NCBI GenBank assembly: GCA_023475225.1
Contig: JAMCVK010000021.1
Coordinates: forward strand, 14,132-78,131
Length of the DNA stretch: 64,000 nucleotides
Direction: 5' to 3'
From: Chloroflexota bacterium
Lineage (GTDB): Bacteria; Chloroflexota; UBA6077; FW602-bin22; JAMCVK01
The notes below the pieces were generated by a model, which was given only the letters and a program-made list of their open reading frames with translations, was not told the origin of the DNA and did no database searches. Of the stretch, positions 29,078-39,245 are shown piece by piece. Numbering within the stretch: the stretch's first letter is position 1; each line of letters opens with the position of its first letter. The position numbers and the translations under genes were made by a program.

Positions 29078-30295
29078 TCAGCAGGGGCTCGTTTGTGGAG
29101 CCTCTACCTCCTGTAAGGTGACAGCGGTGGGTACAGGGCAGACCTGGAGGCACAGTCCGCAGCCGACACAGCTCTTCTCGTCTACGGCGGCCACCCTATC
29201 CTCACCGAAAACGATGGCCTCGTGCCCCCCATCTCGACAGGCTACATAACAGCGGCCACAACCGATACAGAGCTCATTTATTATATGACTGCGCACTTTG
29301 TACTGGCGCGATAGTTCCTCGTGTGCGCATAATTTCGGTAGGGCCAGGCCGCAGAGGTCAGCCACCTTTGCGTAGCCTCGATCAACAAGGAAACGGCTCA
29401 GCCCGTCTGCCAGTTCCTCGATCAAGCCGAAGCCATTTTCCATGGCTGCCGTACAAACCTGCAAGTTGCTGGCACCGACGAGAAGGAACTCCGCCGCATC
29501 TCGCCAATCGTAGATTCCACCTACCCCAGCCAGCGGGAGCCGCACGTGGCGGGCGATGTCGGCTACACAACGAAGGGCGATGGGTTTAATCGCTCGGCCG
29601 GTGTAGCCTCCGAAGGAGGAGCGCCCGCGAACGGAGGGGAGCGGGGAAAAGGTAGCAAGGTCTAAACCGATTAAGGCCTCTACGGAGTCGATGGCACAAA
29701 CGCCAGCGCAGCCGCTAGCCTCAACCGCCCTGGCGATCTCAACGATGTCGGTGACGTTGGAGGTCAGCTTGACGTACACTGGCGTCCTTTTCACGGCCTC
29801 CTTGACCCAGCGGGCGGTCATCTCAGTCAGACGGGGGTCCTGGCTGATCATATAGCCTAAGCCACCCGGCGTGCCGTGGGGGCAAGAGAGGCTACACTCA
29901 ATGAGGTCAGCACCAGCCTCTTCCAACTGGCGAGCCAGGTCCTCCCAATCCTTCTGCCTGGAGGCCATAATGCTGCCAATTACGACCCGGTCCGGATACT
30001 CTGCTTTCAGCCAGCGGATGTCCCGGACGATCTCCTCGATGTGCCGTACGGAGATGAGATCGATGTTGTGCAATCCGAGCAGCTCTTGGCCACGCCTGAG
30101 TCCGGAGATCATCGGATAGACCAAACTGACCTCTTCCGAGGGCATAGAGGTAGTCTTAAGGACAGCCCCACCCCAGCCAGCAGCGAAGGCACGGGCGATG
30201 CGGTCGGCCTTATCTGTACAGGGAGAGGCGGCCAGGGTGAACGGATTGGAGAAACGAACGCCGCAAAATTCTTGGGCAAGATCGACGCTGAGCAT
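29078..30295 (-). CDS. preA: Dihydropyrimidine dehydrogenase subunit PreA (DHOD-fold FMN domain + 2x[4Fe-4S])
   Basis: FSNPFTLAASP...GWGGAVLKT N-terminus of the DHOD/DPD family. C-terminal CIGCGRCYVAC and CVGCGLCLQVCP ferredoxin motifs. Confidence 0.8.
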   Translation of the reverse strand: MLSVDLAQEFCGVRFSNPFTLAASPCTDKADRIARAFAAGWGGAVLKTTSMPSEEVSLVYPMISGLRRGQELLGLHNIDLISVRHIEEIVRDIRWLKAEYPDRVVIGSIMASRQKDWEDLARQLEEAGADLIECSLSCPHGTPGGLGYMISQDPRLTEMTARWVKEAVKRTPVYVKLTSNVTDIVEIARAVEASGCAGVCAIDSVEALIGLDLATFSPLPSVRGRSSFGGYTGRAIKPIALRCVADIARHVRLPLAGVGGIYDWRDAAEFLLVGASNLQVCTAAMENGFGLIEELADGLSRFLVDRGYAKVADLCGLALPKLCAHEELSRQYKVRSHIINELCIGCGRCYVACRDGGHEAIVFGEDRVAAVDEKSCVGCGLCLQVCPVPTAVTLQEVEAPQTSPC

Positions 30296-30299
30296 TGTT

Positions 30300-31655
30300 T
30301 TATCCCTCCCCGCTTAAGAATCTATGTATCCCTAGAGCGGCCTTCCGTCCCTCAGCGATGGCCTGGACGACGGTGGTCCCACCATTGACCACGTCACCGG
30401 CGGCGAAGACCTTCAGATGCGTGCTCTGGAACGATGCTGGATTCACCGCGATGGTGCCTCCCTCTGTTAACGCCAGGTTCAGCCCGGCGAGGAGCCCTTT
30501 CTCCAGGGCCTGACCGATGGCCAGGATCACCTGATCGCAGGGGAACTCTTCTCCTTCCCCCTCAAGCGGTTCGACCCGGCGGCGCCCAGTGTCATCTGGT
30601 TCTCCCAGGCGCAGCAGTTGCGTACGCACGGCCATGACTTGCCGTCTGTCAGCGCGGAAAGCGGATACGCCGGTCAGCCAGCGGAACTCGACGCCCAGGG
30701 AGACGGCGTATTCGTATTCGGCCCGCCAGGCCGGCATCTCGGCCAGAGTGCGTCGGTAGAGAACGGTCACCCTCTCTGCCCCCCAACTCTTCGCTACTGA
30801 GGCGGCATCCATAGCGACATTGCCTCCGCCAATCACCACCACCCGTTGGCCGAACCTCGGCTGGGGTCCTTCGCCACGCTCATATAGGCGAATGGCTTTC
30901 AAGAAGTCGAGGGCCGACTGCACCCCGTCAAGTTCAGTCCCGCTCCCGGCGAACGGTACGGCCATGCTCAGACCGATGCCCAGGAAGACGGCATCGTAAC
31001 GCTCCACCAGCCGGCAAAGCTCAGCGGGGCTGACCTCACTCCCCAGATGGAAATTTATCCCCGCTTCGTGGAGGGACTCCATCTCGAGGCGAATCACTTC
31101 GCTGGGCAGACGAAAAGGGGGAATGCCATGGGTGAGCATCCCACCCAGTGAGGAGTTTCGCTCGAAGAGATCGACGGCGTACCCCAGACGGCGTAGGGTG
31201 AGGGCACAGGATAGTCCAGCCGGACCGCCACCAACGATGGTCACCTTCCGCCCATTGAACAGGTTACGCAGGTGAGCGTAGCTCGGTCGCAGGAGGGCTC
31301 CGGCATAGTGATGCAGGGCCCCTATGCGCACGCTGGAAGGGGCCATCCCGTGCACAGTGCAGCTCTTCTCACACAGATATTCCGTAGGGCAGACCGCTCC
31401 ACAGATGGCCGGGAAGGGGTTATTCTCCAGTGCGGCTACATAGGCACCGCTGAGGTTTGCCAGCTCAATCCGCCAGATGAAACGAGGAATGCTGACACCA
31501 GCCGGACATCCTTTGATACAGGGGGCATCGTAACAGTGTAGGCAACGTCTGGCCTCAACGCAGGCCAGATGGTGATTGTTGCGCATCGCCAGCGGTGTGG
31601 GGCGTTGCTCGGCCGACTCCAACTGTGTCGGTTTCAACGTAATACACCTCCTCAA
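30300..31655 (-). CDS. preT: Dihydropyrimidine dehydrogenase subunit PreT (GltD-like NAD(P)H flavin oxidoreductase)
   Basis: N-terminal Cys cluster CLHCYDAPCIKGCP, then VTIVGGGPAGLSCA and VVVIGGGNVAMD dinucleotide-binding motifs. Confidence 0.8.
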   Translation of the reverse strand: MRRCITLKPTQLESAEQRPTPLAMRNNHHLACVEARRCLHCYDAPCIKGCPAGVSIPRFIWRIELANLSGAYVAALENNPFPAICGAVCPTEYLCEKSCTVHGMAPSSVRIGALHHYAGALLRPSYAHLRNLFNGRKVTIVGGGPAGLSCALTLRRLGYAVDLFERNSSLGGMLTHGIPPFRLPSEVIRLEMESLHEAGINFHLGSEVSPAELCRLVERYDAVFLGIGLSMAVPFAGSGTELDGVQSALDFLKAIRLYERGEGPQPRFGQRVVVIGGGNVAMDAASVAKSWGAERVTVLYRRTLAEMPAWRAEYEYAVSLGVEFRWLTGVSAFRADRRQVMAVRTQLLRLGEPDDTGRRRVEPLEGEGEEFPCDQVILAIGQALEKGLLAGLNLALTEGGTIAVNPASFQSTHLKVFAAGDVVNGGTTVVQAIAEGRKAALGIHRFLSGEG

Positions 31656-31665
31656 TTAAGAGCGT

Positions 31666-33045
31666 TTATAGGCAACCAGGGCCGAGGCTGCGGAAAACCA
31701 GCTTCCCCTGTGGTTCGGTAGTCACTAAGGTCCCCTCCTCAACCAGAACTTGACCGCGCAAAACCGTAGTGTAGGGAAAGCCCTCTACGATCATTCCTTC
31801 ATAGACGGAATGGTCGGTGTTCGAATGGAGAGCAGCGGCGGTTAACCTGGTGCGCTGCTGCGGGTCGATGAGGACCAGATCGCCATCGCTGCCTGGGGCG
31901 ATCACCCCTTTCCTGGGGTAGAGTCCGAAACGCCTGGCCGGATTGGTACAACATAGCTCTACCAGGCGGTTGAGGCTGAGGCGTCCCCGGCCTACCCCCT
32001 CGGTATACATGAGGGGAAGGCGGGTCTCAATGCCCGCCATCCCACCCGGGATCATCGTGAAATCGGAGCGTCCCGCCTTTTTCTCCTCACTTGTATAAGG
32101 ACAATGGTCGGTCGCTACTATAGAGAGCGCATCATTGGCGATGCTTCGCCAGAGCGCATCCTGATCGTCGGTGGGGCGGAGGGGAGGGGAGGCCACGAAG
32201 TAGGTGGCCTCTGGATCATCACGACGGTACTCCTCATCGGTAAAGAGAAGGTATTGCGGACAGGTCTCCCCCGATACCCTTGCCCCCTCGGCCCGGGTCA
32301 AGCCGATGAGAGCGGCCCCCTGGGCGGTACTGACGTGGCAGAAGTGGATATTGGCCTTCAGGTGTTTGGCATAGGTGAGGAGGCGGGCGATGGCCTCAAC
32401 CTCACAGATCGGCGGTCGGCTATCCGGGTAATAATATACCCCTCGCTTCCCTGACCCCAGCAAGCGCTGAGTATGGAAGTGGGCGATGACCTCGCTCTCG
32501 GCGTGAATACAAATCAAGGACTGCTCTCTAGCGCTCTGCTCAAATAGGTCTAGGATGGCCCTATCTTCTAGGAGGAGACCAGGATAAGCCGTGTAGATTT
32601 TGAAGCTGGGGAAGCCATTGCGGACCAGCGCGCCCATCTCGGCCAGGATAGCCGGAGAGATATCACGTATGGTGACCTGCAAGCTGTAATCCACGTAGGA
32701 GTGTCCGCAGGCCCTTCTGAGATTTTGCTCAAGGCTTTGTTCTAAAGTCTCGCCTTCCTCGGGCACGATATATGGAACTATAGTAGTTACCCCTCCACGG
32801 GCCGCCGCCTGCGTGCCGGAGGAGAAATCATCCCCAGAGGAGACTCCCTTAGAAATCCAGGGCATATGGCAATGAACGTCGATCGCCCCGGGCAGGACCA
32901 GTTTCCCCTGGGCATCTAGCGTCCTTTCGGCCGGCAGGGATAGCCCCTGGCCGATGAGCCTGATGATTCCGTCGTCTATGGCCAGATCGGCCTGAAAGCT
33001 TCCGTTGGGATTGACGCAGGTTCCCCCCTTGACGATGAGTTGCAT
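31666..33045 (-). CDS. Dihydropyrimidinase / D-hydantoinase (cyclic amidohydrolase)
   Basis: LVLPGAIDVHCHM metal-binding motif, SFKIYTAY (carboxylated-Lys region), ATDHCP. 459 aa. Confidence 0.8.
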   Translation of the reverse strand: MQLIVKGGTCVNPNGSFQADLAIDDGIIRLIGQGLSLPAERTLDAQGKLVLPGAIDVHCHMPWISKGVSSGDDFSSGTQAAARGGVTTIVPYIVPEEGETLEQSLEQNLRRACGHSYVDYSLQVTIRDISPAILAEMGALVRNGFPSFKIYTAYPGLLLEDRAILDLFEQSAREQSLICIHAESEVIAHFHTQRLLGSGKRGVYYYPDSRPPICEVEAIARLLTYAKHLKANIHFCHVSTAQGAALIGLTRAEGARVSGETCPQYLLFTDEEYRRDDPEATYFVASPPLRPTDDQDALWRSIANDALSIVATDHCPYTSEEKKAGRSDFTMIPGGMAGIETRLPLMYTEGVGRGRLSLNRLVELCCTNPARRFGLYPRKGVIAPGSDGDLVLIDPQQRTRLTAAALHSNTDHSVYEGMIVEGFPYTTVLRGQVLVEEGTLVTTEPQGKLVFRSLGPGCL

Positions 33046-33104
33046 GGCGGCTCTCCTCTCTGTCCTTTTTATGCCAGGTTGTTTTCGCTGATCGGCAGAA
33101 TCGT

Positions 33105-35912
33105 CTAATATCCTCGTCTCGCTCGTAAGGCTTGCCGAATCTTATCCTTAGTGGCGGGGAGATCGGTGAGGCGCACCCCCACAGCGTCGTAGATGGCATT
33201 GGCGATGGCGCCGGCCGTCGGTAGGGCAGCCATCTCGGCTGTCCCTTTCGCTCCGAAGGGTCCGCTGGGTTCCTTATCCTCGACGATGATTGGTATTATC
33301 TCAGGCGCCTGCAAACTAGTGGGAATACGACACTTGGCTAAAGTATTGGTGAGATTGAATCCCTTTTCTATCTTGAACTCCTCGTAGAGGGCAAAGCCCA
33401 ATCCCATCACACAGCCGCCATCGATCTGCCCTTCCACGTTCAGCGGATTAAGGGCCTTGCCAACATCGTGAGCGGCGATCATCTTGAGAACGTTTACCTC
33501 CCCGCTATCCTCATCCACTTCGACTATGGCCGCCTGTGTGGCGAAGGAGAAGGCGACATAATTATAAGGGGCTTCCTCCTTATTTAGCCGGTCCAGCCCG
33601 CCTTCGGCGGGTCCGCAGAGCCCCCGGGTTTGTCTTCCTACGAAGCAGTGCTCCGCGCTCAAGAGTATCCCTTTGGAGGCCGCCAGAGCAGCAAGGTCAG
33701 TCGTAGAGAGAAGCACTCGGCCACTTTGGGTGTCCTTAATCGCATTATTCTGGATGATCACCTGGTCCTGGTGCAGACCGCACTCTGCGGCCACAAGGGC
33801 GCTGATCCTTTCCCGCAATGTTTGGCTGGCCCGCAGCACGGCGTTGCCGGAGAAGTAGCTCTGGCGTGAGGCCGTCGTAGGGCCACCCTCTGGCGTCAGG
33901 TGGGTATCACCCGTGATGACCTCTATCGTTTCAAATCCAGCTCCCAGCACCTCGGCGGCTATTTGACCCATGATCGTGGCCGAACCCTGTCCCATATCGG
34001 CGCAGCCAACACGGATCCTGAAGTGGCCATCGCTCAGCAACTCCACGATCGCTCCAGCCTTGTCCTCATTACCCAGTCCTAACCCCACATTCTTGAAACC
34101 GGAGGCCAGACCGATGCCTAGCTTCCAGCCAGGGCGGGGGGTGGGTAAGGGCATAGATTGCAAAGTGGACTTCACCCTCGCCAGCGTCTCCTTCATCCCT
34201 ACACTGCCCTCCAGGACCTGCCCCGTACTGATCGGAAGGCCGACGGCCAGGGCATTCCGTTCACGAAAGGCGAAGGGGTCTATGCCCAGGGCACGGGCCA
34301 GCGCATCTAACTGTGATTCTACGGCGAAGGTCACCTGGGGCACCCCAAAACCGCGCATAGCGCCGGCCACAATGTTGTTGGTGTAATAGGAGTAGCCATC
34401 CAGGCGCACGTTCGGCCAGTAGTAAGGCCCAGTGGCGAACACTGTCGCCTGCTCGATCACGTCGTAGCCCAGGGAGGCGTAGGCCCCGGTGTCAGCGATG
34501 ATTTTGGCCTGGATAGCCAGCAGCTGACCGTCCTTGGTGGCGCCAATCTTGTAGTACATCTTAAACCGATGGCGTTTCGGATGCATGCGTAGCGACTCCT
34601 GACGGGTCAACACCATCTTGACCGCTCTACCCGTCCGTAAGGCACCCAGGGCCAGAAAGAAATGGATGCTTATCTCCTCCTTGGCCCCAAAGGCCCCACC
34701 CATTGGCAGTTGCACGACGCGCACCTTATCTTTGGTTAACCCCAGGGCATCAGCCAGCTGATCCCTATCAGAGAAGGGGCTCTGAGTCCCAATCCAGATG
34801 GCGACGCCACCATCGGCTGTGGGGGCAGCAACCCCCGCCTCGGTTTCCAGGTAGGCGTGTTCAACGAAGGGTGTCGAGTAGGATTGTTCGATGATGACAT
34901 CGGACTGGGCGAAACCCTCAGCGATGTTGCCCCGCTCCACTGTGCAATGCTTCATTAAATTACCACTCTCGTGCACCAGGGGCGCCTCCGGCTCACTGGC
35001 CCGCTCCGCAGAGAAGACCCCTTCCAGCTCTTTATAAGTGACCTTTATCTTTTCTAGGGCGACCTCAGCTGTTTTCAGGTCGTCGGCGAAGACCACGGCC
35101 ACGGGGTCACCGATAAAGCGCACTTTCTTATCAGCGATGGCCGGTTGATCACGAATCAACATACCGATCTTGTTGACGCCGGGCACATCCCTGGCCGTCA
35201 ACACAGCTCTGACGCCGGCCGTCCTTTCCGCCTCACTCGCATCTACGTCTAAGATCTCAGCGTGGGGATAGGCGCTCCAGAGCACCTTGCCGTGGAGCAT
35301 TCCCTCCAAATGGATATCGTCGGCGTATTTAGCTTCCCCCATGACCTTGGGCAAGGCATCCTTCCTGGCCACGGATATACCTACGACGTGGCCGGTAGGA
35401 GTCCGCCGAAGGCGGACTGGGCCAGCGTAGTCTTCCCTGTTGAGAATCTCAGCCGCCGCCTTGATGGACTGAATGATCTTGCTGTATCCGGTGCAACGAC
35501 AAAGGTTCCGGGCGATAGCGCGCTTGATCTCCTCAGTGGAGGGAGAGGGCTGACGGTCAAGCAAGGCTTTAGCCGCCATGATCATCCCGGGTGTACAGAA
35601 GCCGCACTGTACGGCGCCGAGATCAACGAAGGCCTGTTGCAGGGGGTGCAACCGGCCGCCCTGAGCCAACCCCTCGATGGTTTGTACCGCCCGGCCATGC
35701 ATCCGGGACATCTTGATGAGGCAGGAATGGGTTGCTTCACCGTCCAGGATGACCGTACAGGCGCCGCAATGTCCCTGAGCACAGCCGTTCTTTGTCCCGG
35801 TTAGCCGCAAGTGCTCGCGCAGAAAGGTGAGCAAGGTCAGGTCAGGAGGAACACGGGCGGTTATTCTGCTCCCATTCACCAGGAGATTTACGGTTATCTC
35901 TTCCATAATCAT
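33105..35912 (-). CDS. Molybdopterin aldehyde/xanthine oxidoreductase family enzyme with fused N-terminal 2x[2Fe-2S] domain (Mop-like)
   Basis: CAQGHCGACTV and CRCTGY [2Fe-2S] motifs, followed by about 750 aa of the molybdopterin-binding a/b hammerhead and Ald_Xan_dh_C domains (GGAFGAKE). Confidence 0.85.
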   Translation of the reverse strand: MIMEEITVNLLVNGSRITARVPPDLTLLTFLREHLRLTGTKNGCAQGHCGACTVILDGEATHSCLIKMSRMHGRAVQTIEGLAQGGRLHPLQQAFVDLGAVQCGFCTPGMIMAAKALLDRQPSPSTEEIKRAIARNLCRCTGYSKIIQSIKAAAEILNREDYAGPVRLRRTPTGHVVGISVARKDALPKVMGEAKYADDIHLEGMLHGKVLWSAYPHAEILDVDASEAERTAGVRAVLTARDVPGVNKIGMLIRDQPAIADKKVRFIGDPVAVVFADDLKTAEVALEKIKVTYKELEGVFSAERASEPEAPLVHESGNLMKHCTVERGNIAEGFAQSDVIIEQSYSTPFVEHAYLETEAGVAAPTADGGVAIWIGTQSPFSDRDQLADALGLTKDKVRVVQLPMGGAFGAKEEISIHFFLALGALRTGRAVKMVLTRQESLRMHPKRHRFKMYYKIGATKDGQLLAIQAKIIADTGAYASLGYDVIEQATVFATGPYYWPNVRLDGYSYYTNNIVAGAMRGFGVPQVTFAVESQLDALARALGIDPFAFRERNALAVGLPISTGQVLEGSVGMKETLARVKSTLQSMPLPTPRPGWKLGIGLASGFKNVGLGLGNEDKAGAIVELLSDGHFRIRVGCADMGQGSATIMGQIAAEVLGAGFETIEVITGDTHLTPEGGPTTASRQSYFSGNAVLRASQTLRERISALVAAECGLHQDQVIIQNNAIKDTQSGRVLLSTTDLAALAASKGILLSAEHCFVGRQTRGLCGPAEGGLDRLNKEEAPYNYVAFSFATQAAIVEVDEDSGEVNVLKMIAAHDVGKALNPLNVEGQIDGGCVMGLGFALYEEFKIEKGFNLTNTLAKCRIPTSLQAPEIIPIIVEDKEPSGPFGAKGTAEMAALPTAGAIANAIYDAVGVRLTDLPATKDKIRQALRARRGY

Positions 35913-35950
35913 CCCTGTATTCGCCTGAACGGTCGGCGAAATATCGATCC

Positions 35951-36697
35951 TTATGGCCGCAAGGAAGGAATGCGGCGAACTACCTCGAATTTGAAGAAGC
36001 CAGGGACGAAATAATTGGCGGAAAACCCTATCGGTTGGTCGGTGTCCGAATAGAACGTCTCCTCGATCAAGAGGAGGATAGTGGACGCATCCACGTTGAG
36101 CAAGCGGCTGAGGTCCGCCTCAGCCGCAGTCGAGATGATCTCAGCCCGGGCATATTCCAAGGGGGGATGGCGCCAGGCCACCAGAAAGTCGATAATCGAA
36201 TCCTGAAAACCAGCTCTTAGTTGGGCTGTGGTGGCCACTTCCTGAGGGATGGCGCTGTACATATAGGCGACCGGCTCTCCGTTCACCGTCTTGATGCGGG
36301 TGAGCGTCGTGACTGCTGTTCCCTCTGGTAGGTGGAGCCTGGTGGCGATCGTTTTGGGGGCAGGCGCTTCCTCGATGGCTATATCCCTGGTAGTACAGGC
36401 CATGCCCTGTTTCGCCGCCAGCGATTCCAGGCTTTCGAGCATTTCCAATCCACTGCGAATAAGCGGTCTTGCGGCCCTGACGAAGGTACCCACCCCCTGG
36501 CGACGCAGCAGGCGCCCTTCTCTTTCTAGCTGTCTGATAGCCTCCCGCAGGGTGTGGCGGGCGATGCCCATTTGCCTGGCCAGGATCGGTTCTGGGGGCA
36601 GCTTTTGGCCTGGTTGATAGGCACCACTGTTCAACAGTTCGACAAGCACTTCCTCAGCCTGAATGTATAATGGTCGTGGATCAGTTTTGAGCCTCAT
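35951..36697 (-). CDS. GntR family (HutC/UTRA subfamily) transcriptional regulator
   Basis: PLYIQAEEVLVELL...LPPEPILARQMGIARHTLREAIRQLEREGRLLRRQGVGTFV winged-HTH plus a C-terminal UTRA-like domain. The internal ATG at 36697 is preferred over the 36832 ORF start. Confidence 0.85.
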   Translation of the reverse strand: MRLKTDPRPLYIQAEEVLVELLNSGAYQPGQKLPPEPILARQMGIARHTLREAIRQLEREGRLLRRQGVGTFVRAARPLIRSGLEMLESLESLAAKQGMACTTRDIAIEEAPAPKTIATRLHLPEGTAVTTLTRIKTVNGEPVAYMYSAIPQEVATTAQLRAGFQDSIIDFLVAWRHPPLEYARAEIISTAAEADLSRLLNVDASTILLLIEETFYSDTDQPIGFSANYFVPGFFKFEVVRRIPSLRP

Positions 36698-36834
36698 GCC
36701 ACGGTCAGGCGGCGACTCAGGAAAGGCACCGCACCCCTCCTTTGGCCATATCGTAGGATGTCCAACAAACTTTAGCATACATTTCCTGACCTCGTCAATA
36801 TTTTGAGCAAGCGTGAACGATGGAGATTCCAAGG

Positions 36835-37105
36835 GGGGCGTCCTTCTTCGAAGGACTGGGATGGACTAGGGGGCACAGCCTCCCTTCCCCCTCTCTCCCG
36901 CTGGACTGTCCGCCGAAGGAGGATGGGGAGTGCATCCGCCGAAGACGGATTCGGGGGAAGCTACTCAACTCCCTCCAGCACGACCGCTTGCCAGGGCCTC
37001 GAAAACGGTGCTAAAATGGGCTGGGTTTCGCCACTCTTCTAGCAAGAGAGAGGGAGTGAGGGACCTCAGGGGGATCGGCTATCGGGGGAAGCTCTTCAGA
37101 ACCTA
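36835..37105. repeat. Copy of the dispersed GC-rich mosaic hairpin repeat family
   Basis: Modules gtccttcttcgaaggac, gtccgccgaaggagga, catccgccgaagacggatt and ctagggggc are related to those at 2302, 2831, 42150 and 59221. Confidence 0.6.
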
Positions 37106-37123
37106 CCGCTTGTCAATCGCTAA

Positions 37124-37729
37124 TCATTGGACGGGGGAGACCTGTTCGCTTTCTACTTCCAGCAAGACCTCCCTGGTGGCTTTTTCCATACGGGGATAGA
37201 GTAACCAGATCGAGGCTGCCCCAAAGAGGATGCCTGTCAAGATGCGTACCTCCCAAGTGCTCTCCCACCAGCCCAGGGCTTGGCCGAGGCCGTCGATAGC
37301 CATGGGGGCGATGAAGAGCAAGTACAAACGCCACGGCAATGGCTTCATTCCCTCGCGCCCTAAGGCGAATAAAAGGCCGCAGAGGAACATAGTAGTATAG
37401 ATGGCCGTGTCTCGTTGACAATAAGCCATCTGATACCCGAAAAGGAAAAATGACCGCTCAGGCAATTGATGACAGGAGAGCGTGTAAGCCATATAGATCC
37501 ACTGGGCAATGCGGACCTGTCCCATAGTCATCAGCAGGGGAGCCAGCAGGGGCAGCGTGGCGAACAAACCCATAAAAAGATTGAGCAAGAGTAGCCACCG
37601 CTGCAGGGCAAAATCCAGGAGACCCTCCAGCGAAATAAAGCGGCTGAAGGTCGGCCTGGCCTTTAGGGAAGCCTGTCCCGTTCGGGTAGAGACAGACCCT
37701 TCATCGGAGAAATCAACAGTCTCGCTCAT
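37124..37729 (-). CDS. DUF2085 family membrane protein
   Basis: CHQLPERSFFLFGYQMAYCQRDTAIY signature plus TM helices. ATG 37729 is preferred because the longer ORF would overlap the divergent MFS gene. Confidence 0.7.
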   Translation of the reverse strand: MSETVDFSDEGSVSTRTGQASLKARPTFSRFISLEGLLDFALQRWLLLLNLFMGLFATLPLLAPLLMTMGQVRIAQWIYMAYTLSCHQLPERSFFLFGYQMAYCQRDTAIYTTMFLCGLLFALGREGMKPLPWRLYLLFIAPMAIDGLGQALGWWESTWEVRILTGILFGAASIWLLYPRMEKATREVLLEVESEQVSPVQ

Positions 37730-37783
37730 AATCCCACCCGAGAAATACTTTACTCTTGAGCGGAGCAAAAGGCAAATTGAACA

Positions 37784-39040
37784 ATGGAAGATAGCACGAA
37801 TACCATATCTCAGGCGCGCTCCACGCTGCACTTGGGCAACACCTTCGTCGCTTTACGTCACTATAACTTTCGCCTCTTCTGGTATGGACAGTTAATCTCA
37901 CTGATCGGCACCTGGATGCAGTCCGTAGCTCAAGGTTGGCTGGTGCTGCAACTGACAAACTCACCCTTTTTCCTGGGACTGGTCGGGGCAGCCCGCGCCC
38001 TACCTATCCTCTTCTTCACCCTCTTCGGCGGCGTGGTGGCCGATAGGGTAAATAAGCGCATCCTCATCATAGGCACTCAGTCAGCCTCTATGTTGCTTGC
38101 CCTCTTGTTAGCTGTCTTAACCTCAACGGGACACATTCGGGTCTGGGATGTCCTTATCGTTGCCTTCCTGTTAGGCACGGTAGATGCCTTTGATCGACCA
38201 GCCCGCCAGGCCTTCGTCGTGGAGATGGTGGGCAAGGAGGATCTGATGAACGCCATCGCCCTGAATTCCTCGGTGATGAACGGGGCGCGCATCGTCGGTC
38301 CGGCCCTGGCCGGTGTCCTGGTTAGCCTTATCGGTGTGGCCGGCTGTTTCTACCTAAATGGGGTGAGCTTCCTGGCCGTCATCGCCGGTCTTCTGCTCAT
38401 GCGGCTCGCCCCCTCATCGCCAGTGAAACAGGGCGATTCGGTCTGGCAGAACATACTTGAGGGAGTCGACTACATCTATCGGGACTCAGCCCTTCTCCCG
38501 CTGGTGATCCTGGTAGCTTTAGTGAGCATCTTCTGTATGCCCTACTCGGCCCTGATGCCGGTCTTTGCGCGTGACATTCTCCACGCCGGAGCGACGGGTC
38601 TAGGCCTTCTCATGTCGGCGGCTGGTTTGGGGGCCTTAACCGGTGCGCTCAGTCTGGCGGCCCTGGGCAATTTCAGACATAAGGGCTATCTTCTCCTGGG
38701 ACCCGCGCTAGCCCTTTCCCTGGCACTCAGCGTATTCTCCCTATCACATTGGCTTCTGCTCTCTCTGGTTGCCCTGGTAGCAGTGGGCTGGTCAATGATG
38801 ACCTACACGGCGGTGACGAGCACCCTACTCCAAACTATGGTACCCGATCGCCTGCGAGGGCGGGTGATGAGCGTTTACACATTTATGTTCAGTGGTATGA
38901 CTCCGCTCGGAAACCTGCAAGCTGGCATCGTTGCTGAATATTGGGGTGCGCCATTCGCCATCCTGCTGGGAGCGCTCCTCTGTGGACTGCTCAATCTCCT
39001 TGTCCATCGGCAACGACCATATCTGCGTCGACTGAGCTAG
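37784..39040 (+). CDS. MFS transporter (EntS/MFS_3-like)
   Basis: LRHYNFRLFWYGQLISLIGTWMQSVAQGWLVLQLT N-terminus typical of this subfamily, GGVVADRVNKR loop, 12 TM. Confidence 0.85.
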   Translation: MEDSTNTISQARSTLHLGNTFVALRHYNFRLFWYGQLISLIGTWMQSVAQGWLVLQLTNSPFFLGLVGAARALPILFFTLFGGVVADRVNKRILIIGTQSASMLLALLLAVLTSTGHIRVWDVLIVAFLLGTVDAFDRPARQAFVVEMVGKEDLMNAIALNSSVMNGARIVGPALAGVLVSLIGVAGCFYLNGVSFLAVIAGLLLMRLAPSSPVKQGDSVWQNILEGVDYIYRDSALLPLVILVALVSIFCMPYSALMPVFARDILHAGATGLGLLMSAAGLGALTGALSLAALGNFRHKGYLLLGPALALSLALSVFSLSHWLLLSLVALVAVGWSMMTYTAVTSTLLQTMVPDRLRGRVMSVYTFMFSGMTPLGNLQAGIVAEYWGAPFAILLGALLCGLLNLLVHRQRPYLRRLS

Positions 39041-39245
39041 AGAAGGCACACCTTCCTGATCCCCCTCTCGTGGATGGTTCCTGGAGCGAGGTGTCCCCCC
39101 ATATGCAATGCAAGGGTGGCTGAACCCTCAGATCTTTGCGTCGAGCATCTTGTCGTGAGATTCGCCGTTGGTGGTGCAAATAGCTCAGGTGTTCAACCGT
39201 CCGGATATAAGATAATGATTTAATCCATGCAGCGGCCTGGACAAG

